Source: Rhizodiscina lignyota
Lineage: Eukaryota
Direction: 5' to 3'
NCBI GenBank assembly: GCA_010015805.1
Contig: ML978132.1
Location: forward strand, 62,001-126,000
Length of the DNA: 64,000 nt
Shown: one piece after another, positions 12,204 through 24,147 of the stretch
How the letters are laid out: every line of letters starts with the position of its first letter
How positions within the stretch are numbered: the stretch's first letter is position 1
The notes under the pieces: generated by a model
Databases searched by the model: none
What the model was told of the DNA's origin: nothing
What the model saw: only the letters and a program-made list of their open reading frames with translations
Made by a program: the position numbers and the translations under genes

Positions 12204-13539
12204 ATGTCTGACTTTGAAGACGAGATGGACGTGGACGCGCCCGCCGTCCAAAGCGCCATCACGTTCAGCTCAAACGACGCCAATACGAAAGGAAAGAGGT
12301 CGGCAGCGAATCTTCCCGTCGAAGCCGAGGATTCTCTACCATGGTGAGGCTTCAAAAGCAGGATTTGTGAAACTCTGCGCTTACTGCCCCGAAGGGTTGA
12401 GAAATATCGGCCCAGCACTCTTGAGGACGTCTCTGGTCACCATGACATCCTCGCAACGATTAACAAATTCGTCGACACGAATGTATGTATACGTACTTGG
12501 ATCTGAGGTTAATGGAGCTCACACACTCTAGCGACTGCCTCACTTACTACTGTATGGTCCTCCGGGTACTGGCAAAACGTCTACAGTCCTTGCGCTCGCT
12601 CGACGAATATATGGAAACAAGAACATGCGACAGATGGTTCTTGAGCTCAATGCATCGGATGATCGAGGAATTGACGTCGTTAGGCAAGTATACGGTCACT
12701 ATGGAATTCCACGTGGCTAACAAGCTGTCAGAGAACAAATCAAGACCTTCTCAAGTACCAAGCAGATCTTCTCCATTGCCCCGGCTGCTGGCTCCTCCTC
12801 CTTAGCTACATTCAAGCTTATTATCCTCGACGAAGCCGACGCCATGACTTCCACTGCACAGATGGCATTGCGACGCATCATGGAGAAGTACACCGCGAAC
12901 ACCAGATTCTGCATCATTGCAAACTACACGCACAAGCTCTCTCCTGCCCTACTCTCGCGGTGCACACGGTTCCGATTCAGTCCGCTGAAGGAAGATGATA
13001 TAAGACAGTTGGTTGACCAAGTCATCGAGAAGGAGGAGATTCAGATCGTTCCAGAAGCAGTGGATGCACTTGTGCGGCTGAGCAAAGGTGATATGAGAAG
13101 AGCACTGAATGTTCTCCAAGCGTGCCATGCGAGCAGTACACCGCTACAGCCACCGGGACAACCTCCACCGGATCCAAAAACCATCAAGCGTGATACCATC
13201 ACAGAGGAGACAATCTACGACTGCATTGCGGCACCACATCCTGCCGACATCCGACTAATACGCGACACTCTCCTTCAGACATCAAATGTGACGAGTTGTC
13301 TGCATACGATCAACACACTCAAAACTACGAAGGGCTTAGCCTTGGCAGACATTCTCACGGCTTTGGCGGAAGAATTGGGCAAACTGGATGTACCAGCTCA
13401 GACGAGAGTGACGTGGTTAGAAGGGCTGAGCGAAGTGGAGTATAGGCTAAGTGGAGGAGGCAGTGAAGGCATACAGACGGGCGCCGTGATTGGGGTTGTT
13501 AGGAATGGCACAGATTTGGTGGAAAAGAGCAGGAAATGA
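12204..13539 (+). CDS. RFC3: Replication factor C small subunit (yeast Rfc3/human RFC5 type), multi-exon
   Basis: [21 protein letters not shown]alker [26 protein letters not shown] and SRC motifs across GT-AG introns. Confidence 0.93.
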
Positions 13540-14742
13540 TTCCATTTCGAATCCAAGCGAACGTCAACTATCTCCCAAGAGCAGCATCGATCCTCAATCG
13601 CAGCGAAGCGACCGATAAACTACTCATCGGTATCGCTATGGTCCGGTTTGCATCTGAAGTTCTGCGCCTCTCCAGCGAATTCGAACAAATCCATTCTGGC
13701 TCAGATGTCGCTCCCGCCTCAGACACAATTAGGACATTGATACAAGGTACACAAAGTTCTAGAATCTGGCCTGAAGCTTTAAACTTTTGACACGGTGGCC
13801 CAGGGATGGTCTTTCATGTCATTGCATTTATCAGGCAGCCGCCTCGGAATTGAACCTGAGGGCAGATGTAGACCGACCTTAATGTCAGCAATATTACATT
13901 AACCAGAACAAAGAACATACCTTTACTCGTCTTAGAAAGGCCTGCCTCCGCATCAAAGGAACGCTTTCGTCGAAAACTAAGTCTTGATTCGCGTGAAGTA
14001 CTTGCCTATATTTTTAATCAAATATATGATTCCCCACACCCCGCACAACATTAAGCCATTGAACATCCAGGCAGAGTCAGGAAGGTTAGGGGGTCGTGCT
14101 TCTTGGCAGGCCTGGAGATATGAATACTACACATACTGAAACCCGTGGTGTTGGCCATCGTGCAACCCAATGACGAGGTCTTGCACTACTTCAAGGTTGC
14201 GCCCTGCATGTGGTCCAGTCCCTTCGACCAAAAAAGTTGATGTTGGCCAATCATACCGCCGGATCGCAGAGGTTTTCTCCTTTCGTACAATTTCAACCGA
14301 GCCACCGATTGCCAGAGATTAGCCGTGCAAAACGGAGCTCGCCGCGGCGCTGTGGTTGGCTGCCACACGCGCATTGTAGACGGCAGCCACAATAGCAGGG
14401 TCCGTGCCACGCCAAGACCACGCGGCTCTTAGCTCTTTAGATCAGCGGCCACCACTTTTACACAAACGCAGAACGAACACCCGCACAACCTCTCTCACTA
14501 CAAAACCTCACCACTTCTTCTTCCTCTTGCACTGCTTCTGCAAACCTCCAACCTTCTACCTTTCCCAATTACCCTGCTCGGCACATTTTCTGTCGACGTG
14601 ACACGCGCAATCAGCGCCAAACTCACATTGCACGCCTCGCGTCTTTCACTCTTCAAGCTACTTTCGACACCAACATCTTGCGCGAACAGCACGCGTTTCC
14701 GCACAACACCCCTCGCCGGGCATTCGGCAGACCTTTGTCGAA

Positions 14743-17700
14743 ATGCCGCCCGGCCAGAAGCGCAAGCGCGGCGACGCAAACTATCCAACAGATCGAAATG
14801 ACAGCAACTCGCAGCGGCCATCCCCGCATCGGCCTCAGAATATGGGCCTCGCACAGCACAACCAGCTGCAACACCCAGGCGGTCGTGGTGGCAGGCAAGC
14901 AAGTGGAAATCGAGGTGGCAGGCGCGGCTCTGCTTCCTTCGGATCCAGGGAGCCTGGAAGCGCAAACGCGTCTGCTGCTGGTCAAGGTCCAGCATCGAAC
15001 ACCACAATGTCTCCTCCGGCGACAAATCCTCCCCCAACCCGAGCTCCGCCGGTGAGCACACCTAACACTCCGACCATGACGCCAGCAAATCCGCAATCGA
15101 CTGCGGGAATTCCACTTGGAACAGCAGGAAAGATCTTGCCGACAAACTTCTACTACCGCTCTCTCACAAAGGATCGTGTCGCAGCATGGCAGGATACTGG
15201 AAAGGCTGTCGTCCTCCAGGAGACAAAGGCAGCGTTAGAAGAAGGAAAGGCAGCCTTAAAGGCAGCCTTGGCGGTCATCGAAGCAACGGCGGCCGGAGAA
15301 GCAAAGGCAGCTATAGAAGCAAAGGTCGCTGTCGTCCAAGAAGCAAACAAGGAGCTTCAGAAGGGCATTCTTCCAGATGCGCTCTTCGAAGAGCTCATTC
15401 GAGCCACGATCGAAAACCGGCTGCCTGCCAAGGAAGCCGGCTCTGTGGTGAAAGAGCTCTTAGCATCTCAGACTGCATCCGCGCAAGAGCATCTTGCAGA
15501 AATCTTCCTCGACACACTCTCGGTCATGACTCTCAACTTCGAGGCTCGTAGAGCCGAGGCCGCCATACCTGACGTTCCTAATCCCGGCGCTATCCATGAT
15601 CTCGTAGTCGCAACCGACATTTCCGCCGACACAATGCGGGACCAGCTTGAGACATACCTTCTCATGGCTTGTGGTCTCACACGTCAGACTTTCGACCGAG
15701 CGATCATTCGATACACGACGAATCATGTTTACCGCCAAGCTGCATTCAATTTGCTCAGAGAAGAGTCTGAGGGCTACAGCAAGCTTGTGACGGAATACTT
15801 CACGACTGTACAAGGCCACATAGTCGCCGTACCAAGCCAAGAGCTTGTTGATGAGACCTTTATGAAGGTGAAAGCCCTGATCGGCACTTTCGATCTTGAC
15901 GTGGGAAGAGTGCTGGATGTCACCCTCGACGTGTTCTCAAACCTTTTGGTGAAGCATCATCGATTCTTCATCAAGTTTCTGAGGTCCAGCTCCTGGTGGC
16001 CCGCAGAGAAGACATTTGAGCAGGCTGAGTGGACAGACAAGCCCTTCGGCTCGTTGCCGGCGTGGGCAGAGCGTGATTACGACCCAACTGCCGTCAATGA
16101 GGAAGAGCAGAAGGCCAAGAAGTCTCAGTTGAGAGAGGTCCGGGATATTGCATTCTGGCAGCGTGTTGAAGAAGTCGGACTTGCGGCATGGTTCGAGCTT
16201 GGCGGTCGTCGACTAATGGACCCAGAAGAAAAGGCAAAGTTCGAGAACATGGAGCAACCTGGTTCGAAGGATGAGAAAGAGCAGGAGTCCTTGATGGACA
16301 ACAATTGGATCGCTGTAACCGGAACCATGCCACCGCAAGGCAATCGCATTGCTGCTCAGCTCATGGGATTCAAGTTGCGCAATTACACCGATCCTGCTCG
16401 CAAGACCAAGGACCACCTCCTCGACAATCTTATCTTTCTCGCAGCGCTCCTCATCAAGATCGGTTTCATCTCTCTGCGCGATCTTTACCCTCACCTTTAC
16501 CCAGATCCCGAGACTATGGAGAAAGAAATCAAGCCCAAGCTCGAGAAGGAGAAGGCAGAGCGCGAGAGAAAGAGTAGGCCTGGAGGAGGCATGAATGCTT
16601 TGTTGACAGCGGGGGCACTTGTCGATGACACTCTACCTACGCAACAACACTCAAGACTGCGAGACTCCAACACAGGCCACTCTACACCCAAGTCGGATCC
16701 TCCTGGTAAACCCGAGGAAAATGCGAAGAAGGAACTTCCACCACCTGCAGACCAAGTGATTGCTCTATTGAAGAGTCTCCTCATGATCGGAGCGCTTCCA
16801 GAATCGCTCTTCATCCTCAGCAAGCACAAGTGGCTGATGGATTTGCAACCAGAACTTCCCCAGTACGTCCACCGAGTCTTGCATCAGTCGATCTCCAAGG
16901 TCTACGAATCCGTGCGATCAGCATCGGAGTGCAATCGCGATCAAACGCACAAACCGGTCTATGTCCACAATGCAGGCATGCCCCAGGGTGAATTCGAAAT
17001 GTCGGCCGCAGTTCCGAAGAAATCATTGAAGTGGGCAAGAATGGAGAAGTACAATGACGAGGGTACTGACTACATCTTCTACTGGGAAGACTGGATCGAC
17101 AACGTTCCGATTTGTCAGACTGTCAACGACGTCTTCCTGCTTTGCAATAGCTTCCTCAACGTCTCAGGCGCCAAGATCGGCGAAGACTCCAACCTTCTGG
17201 ATAAGCTTGTGCGAATCGGCAAGTACTCGCTGGCAAATGACTCCAGCGAAGAGAACTTTAACCGCTGGGCCGATCTGTGCAAGCGCCTGCTAGTACCTGC
17301 TCTTTCTCTCACCAAGTGCAACCCTGGCATTGTTAATGAAGTTTGGGATCTCATCAAGATGTTCCCCGCTGCAACGCGGTACAGCATGTATGCTGAGTGG
17401 CATAGCGGGCCGACTTCTAGACAGCCTGCTATCCTTTCCGCATTCAACCAAGCAAGAGCTGAGACGAAAGACGTTCTGAAACGCATCAGCAAAACCAATA
17501 CCAAGCAAATGGCGCGCTTACTAGCTAAAGTTGCCTATGCGAATCCTGGTGTCGTCTTCGCTGTCACTTTCAATCAGATTGAAAGCTACAACAACCTCAT
17601 CGAAGTTGTTGTTGAATGCGTGCGCTATTTCGCCTTCCTGGGTTACGATGTGCTCATTTGGTCACTTTTGGCCTCACTTGGCGGCAAGAGTCGAGACGCT

Positions 17701-20700
17701 AAGCAAGGCGACGGCATGCTCACTTCGACTTGGCTGCAAGCGCTCAGCCATTTCACTGGCAAAGTCTTCCACCGCTACGCCGTTCTGAATCTCAACCCCA
17801 TTCTCCGCTACGTATGCTTCCAGCTTCGTCAAGGAAACAGCTCTGATCTTGACATTCTCCAAAACCTCGTCGAGGTTATGGCTGGCATCTCACCTCCAAT
17901 CAGCTACAATGAGTGGCAGATACAAGCCTTGGCCGGCGGAGGTGCACTGCTCCGGGAGATTGTTTTCACGCAGACTCAGGACAACCGCAACAAGGAAAAG
18001 ACCACGGCGAAGAGACTAATGCGCTCCTTAACTGAATTGCCGAGTGGAAACGATTCACAAGGCCTACTTGGTCCTCAACTGCTCGTCATGCTGGCGCAGG
18101 AGCTGTTGCTCTTCCCAAATCGGGACGATGTCCGGAACGATCCGCTCAAGGTGATGGCGAACAACCTCGACAGGATCTACCAGGCATTTTGCCAATACCT
18201 TGAGATGTTGAGATGGAACATGACTCCGTCAGAGTTTGACGCAATCATCCCCGATGTCGCTGCTTTGATAGAGGACTTTGGAATATCTCCAGAGATTGCG
18301 TGGACCATCGCGAGACCAAGCATCAACGCACAAATCGAGAGAGTCAAACTCGCGCAAACCGCAAAGGAGGCCGATACCCAAAAGACCCTCGAGAACGGCG
18401 ATGTTGAAATGACCGATGCACCTTCGCCCGCAGAGAAGCCTGTTGGTGCCAATGGCTCATCCGAAGGAGGACCAGCTGCTGATCAAGTCATGATCGAGGA
18501 GGCAAAGCCGACACCAGAGGTTTCTTCCGTCGATGCTCAATCTGTGCCACTTGCGAATGGCACTCCTCCGGTCCAAACGCCGACCCCTCCAGTGTCTGCG
18601 CAAACTTCGACCCCAACAGCAGAGGAGATCATGGCTTCAGCACTTACGCCATACATCGACCGCTTTAAGCAGATTCTCCCAATCGATTTTGAGGATAACC
18701 TTGGCATCCAGTTCTATGTCACGTTCTGGCAGTTCGAGCTCGGCGATATTATTTCCCCAACGAAACTGTACTCGGCCGAGATGCTGAAGCATAGTCAGAA
18801 GTATCAGATGATAGAAGAGAAACTGAAGCCGTTGCGAGCTCGCCTGGCACGCACTGGGTCCAAAGCAACACCTCAAGTTACTGCCCTGGAGAAAGAAAGC
18901 GACGACGAGCGCAAAAAGGCTAGTGACATCTTGTCTGAGCTTAATGTCTGCGTTGCTAGATATCAACGTGGCATGAAGCGTTTGGCGCAGGAGAAAAAGA
19001 CTTGGTTCGATGCCTACCTTGGAGAAGGAAACGATCCGATACACGGTATTTTGCACCAGGCTCTTTGGCAACACTGCTTCCTTCCTCGGATCCTTTTATC
19101 TGCCAGCGACGGGCTCTATGTCTTCAACCTGATCATGTATCTGCACAACAATAACGTGCCTGGTTTCCGATTGATGAGGTTGCTCGACTTCATATTCCAA
19201 ACGGACCAGATGATCGCGACAATATTCCACTTCACGACGCGTGAAGCGGAGAACTTTTCGCGCTTCCTGGCTATGCTGCTGAAGCTTCTGAAATCATGGT
19301 ACTCAAGCAAGGAGACCTTCGAGAATGCTGCACTTGGCATCAAGGATAAGAATCCGACTGGCTCTGTCGGATTTGCGATGAAATGGACTAAGGAGCCTTG
19401 GTCGCCAACGCTTCATCTCACATTCGCGCAGTTCCTTAATGTGATCACGAAGTGGCAGGGTCAGCTTTGCCGTTCTATCAGCAACTGCATGAAAGGCGGA
19501 GAATACATGCATATCCGAAACGCCATCGTACTCCTCAAGGCCACGGATCAGTTCATTCCGAACATTGATGCGCATGCTGATATGATTTTCGATGCACTCA
19601 CGCCCTTGAAGACCCACGAGGAGAGGCAGGATATCAAGCTTGCAGCGACAGGTGTGTTTGGTGATCTGGACAAGAGGCGGGACAAGGAGGATTTTGTCAC
19701 AGTTCAGGCTTTCAAGGGAGTGGCACCTGCGAATGATCAGACAACGACCACCACTGTGAAGCCGCCGATTGCAAAGGCCGGAACACCACGAGCAAACACG
19801 CCACAGCCGCCAAGCAATACAAAGGTGCTCAGTGCCTCAGCGCCAACGTTCAAGCCTGGTGTCAACGGGACAACGAAGCCGCCTGTATCTGGGAAGCAGG
19901 ATGTTGAGGATGGCGAGATTGGGGAGACCGAGGAGTCAAAGAAGACGGAAGCTCAGGACAAGAAGGCGACGGAAGTAACAACAGCGGATATACAGAAATC
20001 TGATTCTACCAAACCGGTCGAAGCACCAAAGATCTCTGCCCCAGCTACCTCCGCACCGCCTTCGAAGCCGGCTACTCCTGCGCCTCCTGCTGCGAAGCCT
20101 CCATTGCCATCTCAAGCTTCGCACTCTGCACCGCGTGCAGATCCCCCGAAGTCAGGTCCATCCCTATCTACAGCACCATCCATTCATCCAAGAACTGAGG
20201 GTAGTCGACCGCCTTCCACTCAGCCTCCTGTTGGCCGAGCGCCTCATGCTCTACCAAACCGACCTGAAGGCCGCATCCCCAGCGGAAGAGTCAATGATCG
20301 ACCAGGAGACCGAAGCCATGACTATGGTAGAGGTGATCGACCGGGAGAACGAGGCGATGACTATGGTAGACTTGATCGGCCAGGCGAGCTGAAGCGAGAT
20401 GAGCGACAAGGTCGTTCTCCGGCGGCAAATCGGAGCCGCAGCCGTTCCCCAGATCGAAGTGCAGCGAACTATCGCGACCGAGAACCCTTACATGGTCCAT
20501 CAAGAGACGCTCGTAACGGTCCAGATGATAGAAGATTCCCACCTCGGGATACCCGCGCTCCACCGGCACCAATAAGCACTCCCCGTGATCGAATGCAAGA
20601 GTCGTCGCGTCCGTCTCCGGCATCAGACAGCAGGGCTCGTCCATCTCAAGGCGTATCTTCGAATGCAGCTGCTCCCACTCAGCAAGAACATGGTTCTATG

Positions 20701-22008
20701 CTCAATCCCGAGCGTGCAGCCTTGATGGAGCAATCAGAGCGCGGCCCCCCACCTCAGCATGACCGTCCACCCATCAACGGCGACCGCTCAAGATTCCGTG
20801 ACGATCGTGGACCACCGAGCGATCGAGACTTTGGCCGACGCACTGATGGTACTAGCGAGCGAGAGACACGCAGCCAGCGAGGCTCCCGACATCAGTCTCC
20901 TCGTCGTGACGATCGTGGATCTCTCCGCAACGAGCCAGGCCGAGATGACCGTGGATCTCTCCGCAACGAGCCAGGCCGGGATGATCGTGGATCTCTCCGC
21001 AGCGAGCCAGGCCGAGATGGCAGGCGGGACGATCGTGCTGCTCCACCCGAGCGCGCCCCTCCTCCAAGTCCAGCTCCGAGCCGAGATGCTCGTGATAATG
21101 CTCCAACGGGCCCTCGTGACACGCACACTTCGCGCGGTAGTCGAGACTTGTTCCATCAGCCACCGCCTCCTCGTCAGCCAGTTGATCTCAACCATGGCCG
21201 CTTGTCGCAGGACTTCGCAGTGCCTCCTCGTCCTAGTGATCCGAATTACGGTCGATTGAGCACAGGCGGTGCAGCACCTACTGGTCCTGACATTCCCTCT
21301 GGCCCTCGTGGACGTCCTACCCCGCGTGGAGGACGCAACTACAACGCACCAGCTGACACTACTGGCATTCATCCAAGCCGACTGGCCAACATCAACGCGC
21401 CGCCTTCGAAGTTGCAGACGCAGAACTTGCCCTCGCCATCCTCGCATTCGTCCGGCTTCCCTCCGTCTGGCCCTCCGTCTGGCCCACGCAGCGCACGCGG
21501 TGGTGCAACCAACAATCCTTTCGGCGCAGGAGCTTCTCCTGTTTCAGCTAGGCCAGGCCCACCAGGTGCCCCCACCGGCCCAGGCGCTAGCGCAGGCGAT
21601 CGCGACCGAGAGCGAAGGCAAGGAGACGATGCTAGAGACAAGCGCTTCTCTGGCTTGAACAGCATTCTGCAGGGAGCTCCCGGAAGCGAGGAGCGTGAGC
21701 GTCGTACCGATCTGATGCATTCGCGCGCTCCCTCGGACCACCGCGAGCGTCCCGACATGGACGAGCGCGGTGGCAGAAAGCGTGAGGCGCGTCGACGGTC
21801 AAGAAGCGCACATGAGCGTGGCGGTGAGAGGGATGGTGCCCGGCGGGTACCAAGCAGCAGCGGCGGACAGGGCGAGCGCGGCGCTCGCCGTCGCGAGGAT
21901 CGTGGTCGTGAGCGGGATGCACAATGGGGGGAGAGGGAGAGGAAGAGAGGTCGTGGTGCTGGGGATGAAGGCCCCAGCCCCGACGTGAAGAGGAGTCGGC
22001 GGGGATAG
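14743..22008 (+). CDS. THO2: THO complex subunit 2, 2421 aa, single exon
   Basis: YRQAAFNLLREESEGYSKL, LIGTFDLDVGRVLD, ETKDVLKRISKTN...AYANPG, FYVTFWQ, EYMHIRNAIVLL, and a long R/D/P-rich disordered C-terminus. Confidence 0.95.
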   Translation: MPPGQKRKRGDANYPTDRNDSNSQRPSPHRPQNMGLAQHNQLQHPGGRGGRQASGNRGGRRGSASFGSREPGSANASAAGQGPASNTTMSPPATNPPPTRAPPVSTPNTPTMTPANPQSTAGIPLGTAGKILPTNFYYRSLTKDRVAAWQDTGKAVVLQETKAALEEGKAALKAALAVIEATAAGEAKAAIEAKVAVVQEANKELQKGILPDALFEELIRATIENRLPAKEAGSVVKELLASQTASAQEHLAEIFLDTLSVMTLNFEARRAEAAIPDVPNPGAIHDLVVATDISADTMRDQLETYLLMACGLTRQTFDRAIIRYTTNHVYRQAAFNLLREESEGYSKLVTEYFTTVQGHIVAVPSQELVDETFMKVKALIGTFDLDVGRVLDVTLDVFSNLLVKHHRFFIKFLRSSSWWPAEKTFEQAEWTDKPFGSLPAWAERDYDPTAVNEEEQKAKKSQLREVRDIAFWQRVEEVGLAAWFELGGRRLMDPEEKAKFENMEQPGSKDEKEQESLMDNNWIAVTGTMPPQGNRIAAQLMGFKLRNYTDPARKTKDHLLDNLIFLAALLIKIGFISLRDLYPHLYPDPETMEKEIKPKLEKEKAERERKSRPGGGMNALLTAGALVDDTLPTQQHSRLRDSNTGHSTPKSDPPGKPEENAKKELPPPADQVIALLKSLLMIGALPESLFILSKHKWLMDLQPELPQYVHRVLHQSISKVYESVRSASECNRDQTHKPVYVHNAGMPQGEFEMSAAVPKKSLKWARMEKYNDEGTDYIFYWEDWIDNVPICQTVNDVFLLCNSFLNVSGAKIGEDSNLLDKLVRIGKYSLANDSSEENFNRWADLCKRLLVPALSLTKCNPGIVNEVWDLIKMFPAATRYSMYAEWHSGPTSRQPAILSAFNQARAETKDVLKRISKTNTKQMARLLAKVAYANPGVVFAVTFNQIESYNNLIEVVVECVRYFAFLGYDVLIWSLLASLGGKSRDAKQGDGMLTSTWLQALSHFTGKVFHRYAVLNLNPILRYVCFQLRQGNSSDLDILQNLVEVMAGISPPISYNEWQIQALAGGGALLREIVFTQTQDNRNKEKTTAKRLMRSLTELPSGNDSQGLLGPQLLVMLAQELLLFPNRDDVRNDPLKVMANNLDRIYQAFCQYLEMLRWNMTPSEFDAIIPDVAALIEDFGISPEIAWTIARPSINAQIERVKLAQTAKEADTQKTLENGDVEMTDAPSPAEKPVGANGSSEGGPAADQVMIEEAKPTPEVSSVDAQSVPLANGTPPVQTPTPPVSAQTSTPTAEEIMASALTPYIDRFKQILPIDFEDNLGIQFYVTFWQFELGDIISPTKLYSAEMLKHSQKYQMIEEKLKPLRARLARTGSKATPQVTALEKESDDERKKASDILSELNVCVARYQRGMKRLAQEKKTWFDAYLGEGNDPIHGILHQALWQHCFLPRILLSASDGLYVFNLIMYLHNNNVPGFRLMRLLDFIFQTDQMIATIFHFTTREAENFSRFLAMLLKLLKSWYSSKETFENAALGIKDKNPTGSVGFAMKWTKEPWSPTLHLTFAQFLNVITKWQGQLCRSISNCMKGGEYMHIRNAIVLLKATDQFIPNIDAHADMIFDALTPLKTHEERQDIKLAATGVFGDLDKRRDKEDFVTVQAFKGVAPANDQTTTTTVKPPIAKAGTPRANTPQPPSNTKVLSASAPTFKPGVNGTTKPPVSGKQDVEDGEIGETEESKKTEAQDKKATEVTTADIQKSDSTKPVEAPKISAPATSAPPSKPATPAPPAAKPPLPSQASHSAPRADPPKSGPSLSTAPSIHPRTEGSRPPSTQPPVGRAPHALPNRPEGRIPSGRVNDRPGDRSHDYGRGDRPGERGDDYGRLDRPGELKRDERQGRSPAANRSRSRSPDRSAANYRDREPLHGPSRDARNGPDDRRFPPRDTRAPPAPISTPRDRMQESSRPSPASDSRARPSQGVSSNAAAPTQQEHGSMLNPERAALMEQSERGPPPQHDRPPINGDRSRFRDDRGPPSDRDFGRRTDGTSERETRSQRGSRHQSPRRDDRGSLRNEPGRDDRGSLRNEPGRDDRGSLRSEPGRDGRRDDRAAPPERAPPPSPAPSRDARDNAPTGPRDTHTSRGSRDLFHQPPPPRQPVDLNHGRLSQDFAVPPRPSDPNYGRLSTGGAAPTGPDIPSGPRGRPTPRGGRNYNAPADTTGIHPSRLANINAPPSKLQTQNLPSPSSHSSGFPPSGPPSGPRSARGGATNNPFGAGASPVSARPGPPGAPTGPGASAGDRDRERRQGDDARDKRFSGLNSILQGAPGSEERERRTDLMHSRAPSDHRERPDMDERGGRKREARRRSRSAHERGGERDGARRVPSSSGGQGERGARRREDRGRERDAQWGERERKRGRGAGDEGPSPDVKRSRRG
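20905..21015 (+). repeat. Three 36-bp tandem repeats in THO2 encoding DDRGSLRNEPGR
   Basis: Directly visible repeated GAY CGT GGA TCT CTC CGC ARC GAG CCA GGC CGR units. Confidence 0.9.
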
Positions 22009-22834
22009 GGGGGTGTGCGGACGGCGGTTTTTTGGGTGTTTTTAGAACTTCTTGCGTGTGCCCAAAGGGGCAAAAAATGGATCTTCTTTTTGCGTGCACA
22101 TTCTCAAGAGTACAACATGCTTTAACGTGATATACTTACATGCCGAACCGCTTGTACCATGCCTCGAGAGTGACATAATAGTTGGCCCTCAGCTGTGCTA
22201 TACGGGCCTATTGAAATGCACAGTTACCACACTAGAGATAAGTTACATTTATTAAAGTCATCTGGTCGTGGTAAACACTGGCTAAGGATGATAATACTGT
22301 GCTTTCAACGATACACTTATTCCTATTGTCGAGCAAAACACGCATTTGTTAATACACTTTCAGTGTTTAGCGAGTTAGCTAGTGTATTAGTGACATAATA
22401 GTTGACCTTTGGCTATGATATATACTAAAACATTCAGAGACAGTCTCGCCTGCTTCGAGGAGTAAGAATTCTTTACTCTTAGGCGTTACAGACTTGCCCG
22501 GTGGCAAACCAGTCAGTCGCTCTTAAGTGTGTGCATACATATCTATGCTATCAAGAGATCATTAAGGAGCACATAGACGTAATATTTGCAGAGAAGGTAA
22601 TGATGTCACGTGTAAACCTTTACCCTCTGCTATAGTATTAATGTTTTAATTTCCATGAAGTCAGTCACTTCAGTTAAGTACGCACCAAAGAGTATAGAAC
22701 TAAATTTTCAGCAATGGTCTCGATTACTTTGAATTACTAGAGCTACTCGCCTTTGGAAGCTACAGCTTGCCTGACGGCCAAAGATATATCACCCCCAGCC
22801 CCTCAAGGCTACACATCCCAACATTCAGTGATGA

Positions 22835-23789
22835 CTAGTCGTCCTCATTCATCAGCGCGTTCAAGATTGCCTTTCCTTCCGAGCAGTCCTCATCGTCGAA
22901 CGGCTTCAACCCGTAAGACAAGAGGAAGTTACCAGAGTGTTGGTAATGCTTCTTAATCCAGTCGAGTTGCTCCTGCGAGAATTGGTAGTCTGCCACATGA
23001 GACATTGGGTCGGCCTCAAGCTCGTCGAGGAAGCTATTCGAATCATCGTCCTCCTCCTGATCATCATCACTGTCCCCGTTGGCCATAATGGACCGTGCCA
23101 AAGACCTACCCTCTTCGCGGTCTTCGTCTTTGTGCATCGATAGATCCTGTTCTTGCAGGAAGTGATATTCACCTCCATAATGCTCTTTGAGCCATGCCTT
23201 CTCCTCGCTTGTATAAGGCTTCACAGCCTCCCAGCGAGCGCCTGTTGAAACGTCAAAGGTTTGAACTCTGCATGTGTATCAAGGGCCAAAACATACGCTC
23301 GGAATCGGGCCAGTAAGCACCTATGGTGTAGACGTTCCCTGGATCTCTCGTTTCTTTTAGAAAGAGCGAAGGTGAAGTGACAAGGCCGACTGGTGGTCCG
23401 CTGAGCTTGAGACAGAGCAGTGTCTTCTTCTCATCGAAATGAGCAGCAATACGGCCTTCATGATCTTCGATTGGGCCCTTAAATCCTCGAACCGGATATC
23501 GATTCAGAAAGTCTGCTCCGAGGATGTTACATACGGAGTTTGGGCGTGGAGAACACCGTCAAGGCGAATGGTGCTATGCATGCTGCCATTCCGCGGGGAA
23601 CGTAGCTTGACGGGAATTTCGACGTTACCCAATGCCCTGTACGGCCATATCGCTGTTGTCAAAATATGGGTGACCGATGTGGGTGGTGAAAGAGGTGTAA
23701 GTGGTGAACCATGCACGGTTTTTTGCAACAGAAACATTGGAGGTGTTGGAGAAGACCCAGTCGGGACTCATTGGGGCGTCAGTATCCAT
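22835..23789 (-). pseudogene. Fungal conserved protein with a copia-Pol-like beta-barrel N-terminus and duplicated acidic C-terminal repeats; two frameshifts (pseudogene or assembly error)
   Basis: MDTDAPMSPDWVFSNTSNVSVAKNRAWFTTYTSF...VQGIG[+1 G]NVEIPVK...LDGVLHA[-1 C]PNSVCNILG...YWPDSE, then a GTATGT..CAG intron, then RARWEAVKPYTSEEKAWLKEHYGGEYHFL... and a second repeat EQLDWIKKHYQHSGNFL. Confidence 0.65.
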
Positions 23790-24147
23790 TGCTTCTCCTG
23801 GGTACAATCCTCGTTGGCTTGCTCGTGTCGTATTATCGTATTTGACTGCCTATTGAAAGGGTGGAGAGAAGAGAAGACTATATACCGTTACGCAAACAAT
23901 GAAGTTGAGACCTGAAACACGCGCTAACCTAGTTCGGCTCGGACGTGTAAAGCGAACAAAGCATCAAGCAAACTATCTGCGCGCATTCGAATACTCGAGC
24001 CGCCAACTGGGTTTGCGGTAAGAAGGTTCTGATCGTTCTATAAATCTGCAATATTCTGCGTCTAAATGCGTGGTGTTGTATTACGACCGAGCTCAAATTC
24101 GCGTCGCCGTCTACCAAAGCCACATCCCACCGTGCTGCGAAGGGGCG

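Noticed and set aside
14498..22099. Many antisense and alternative-frame ORFs over THO2 (likewise over HEM1, the MFS genes and GARS)
   Set aside because: These are shadow ORFs of GC-rich coding sequence with no motifs of their own.
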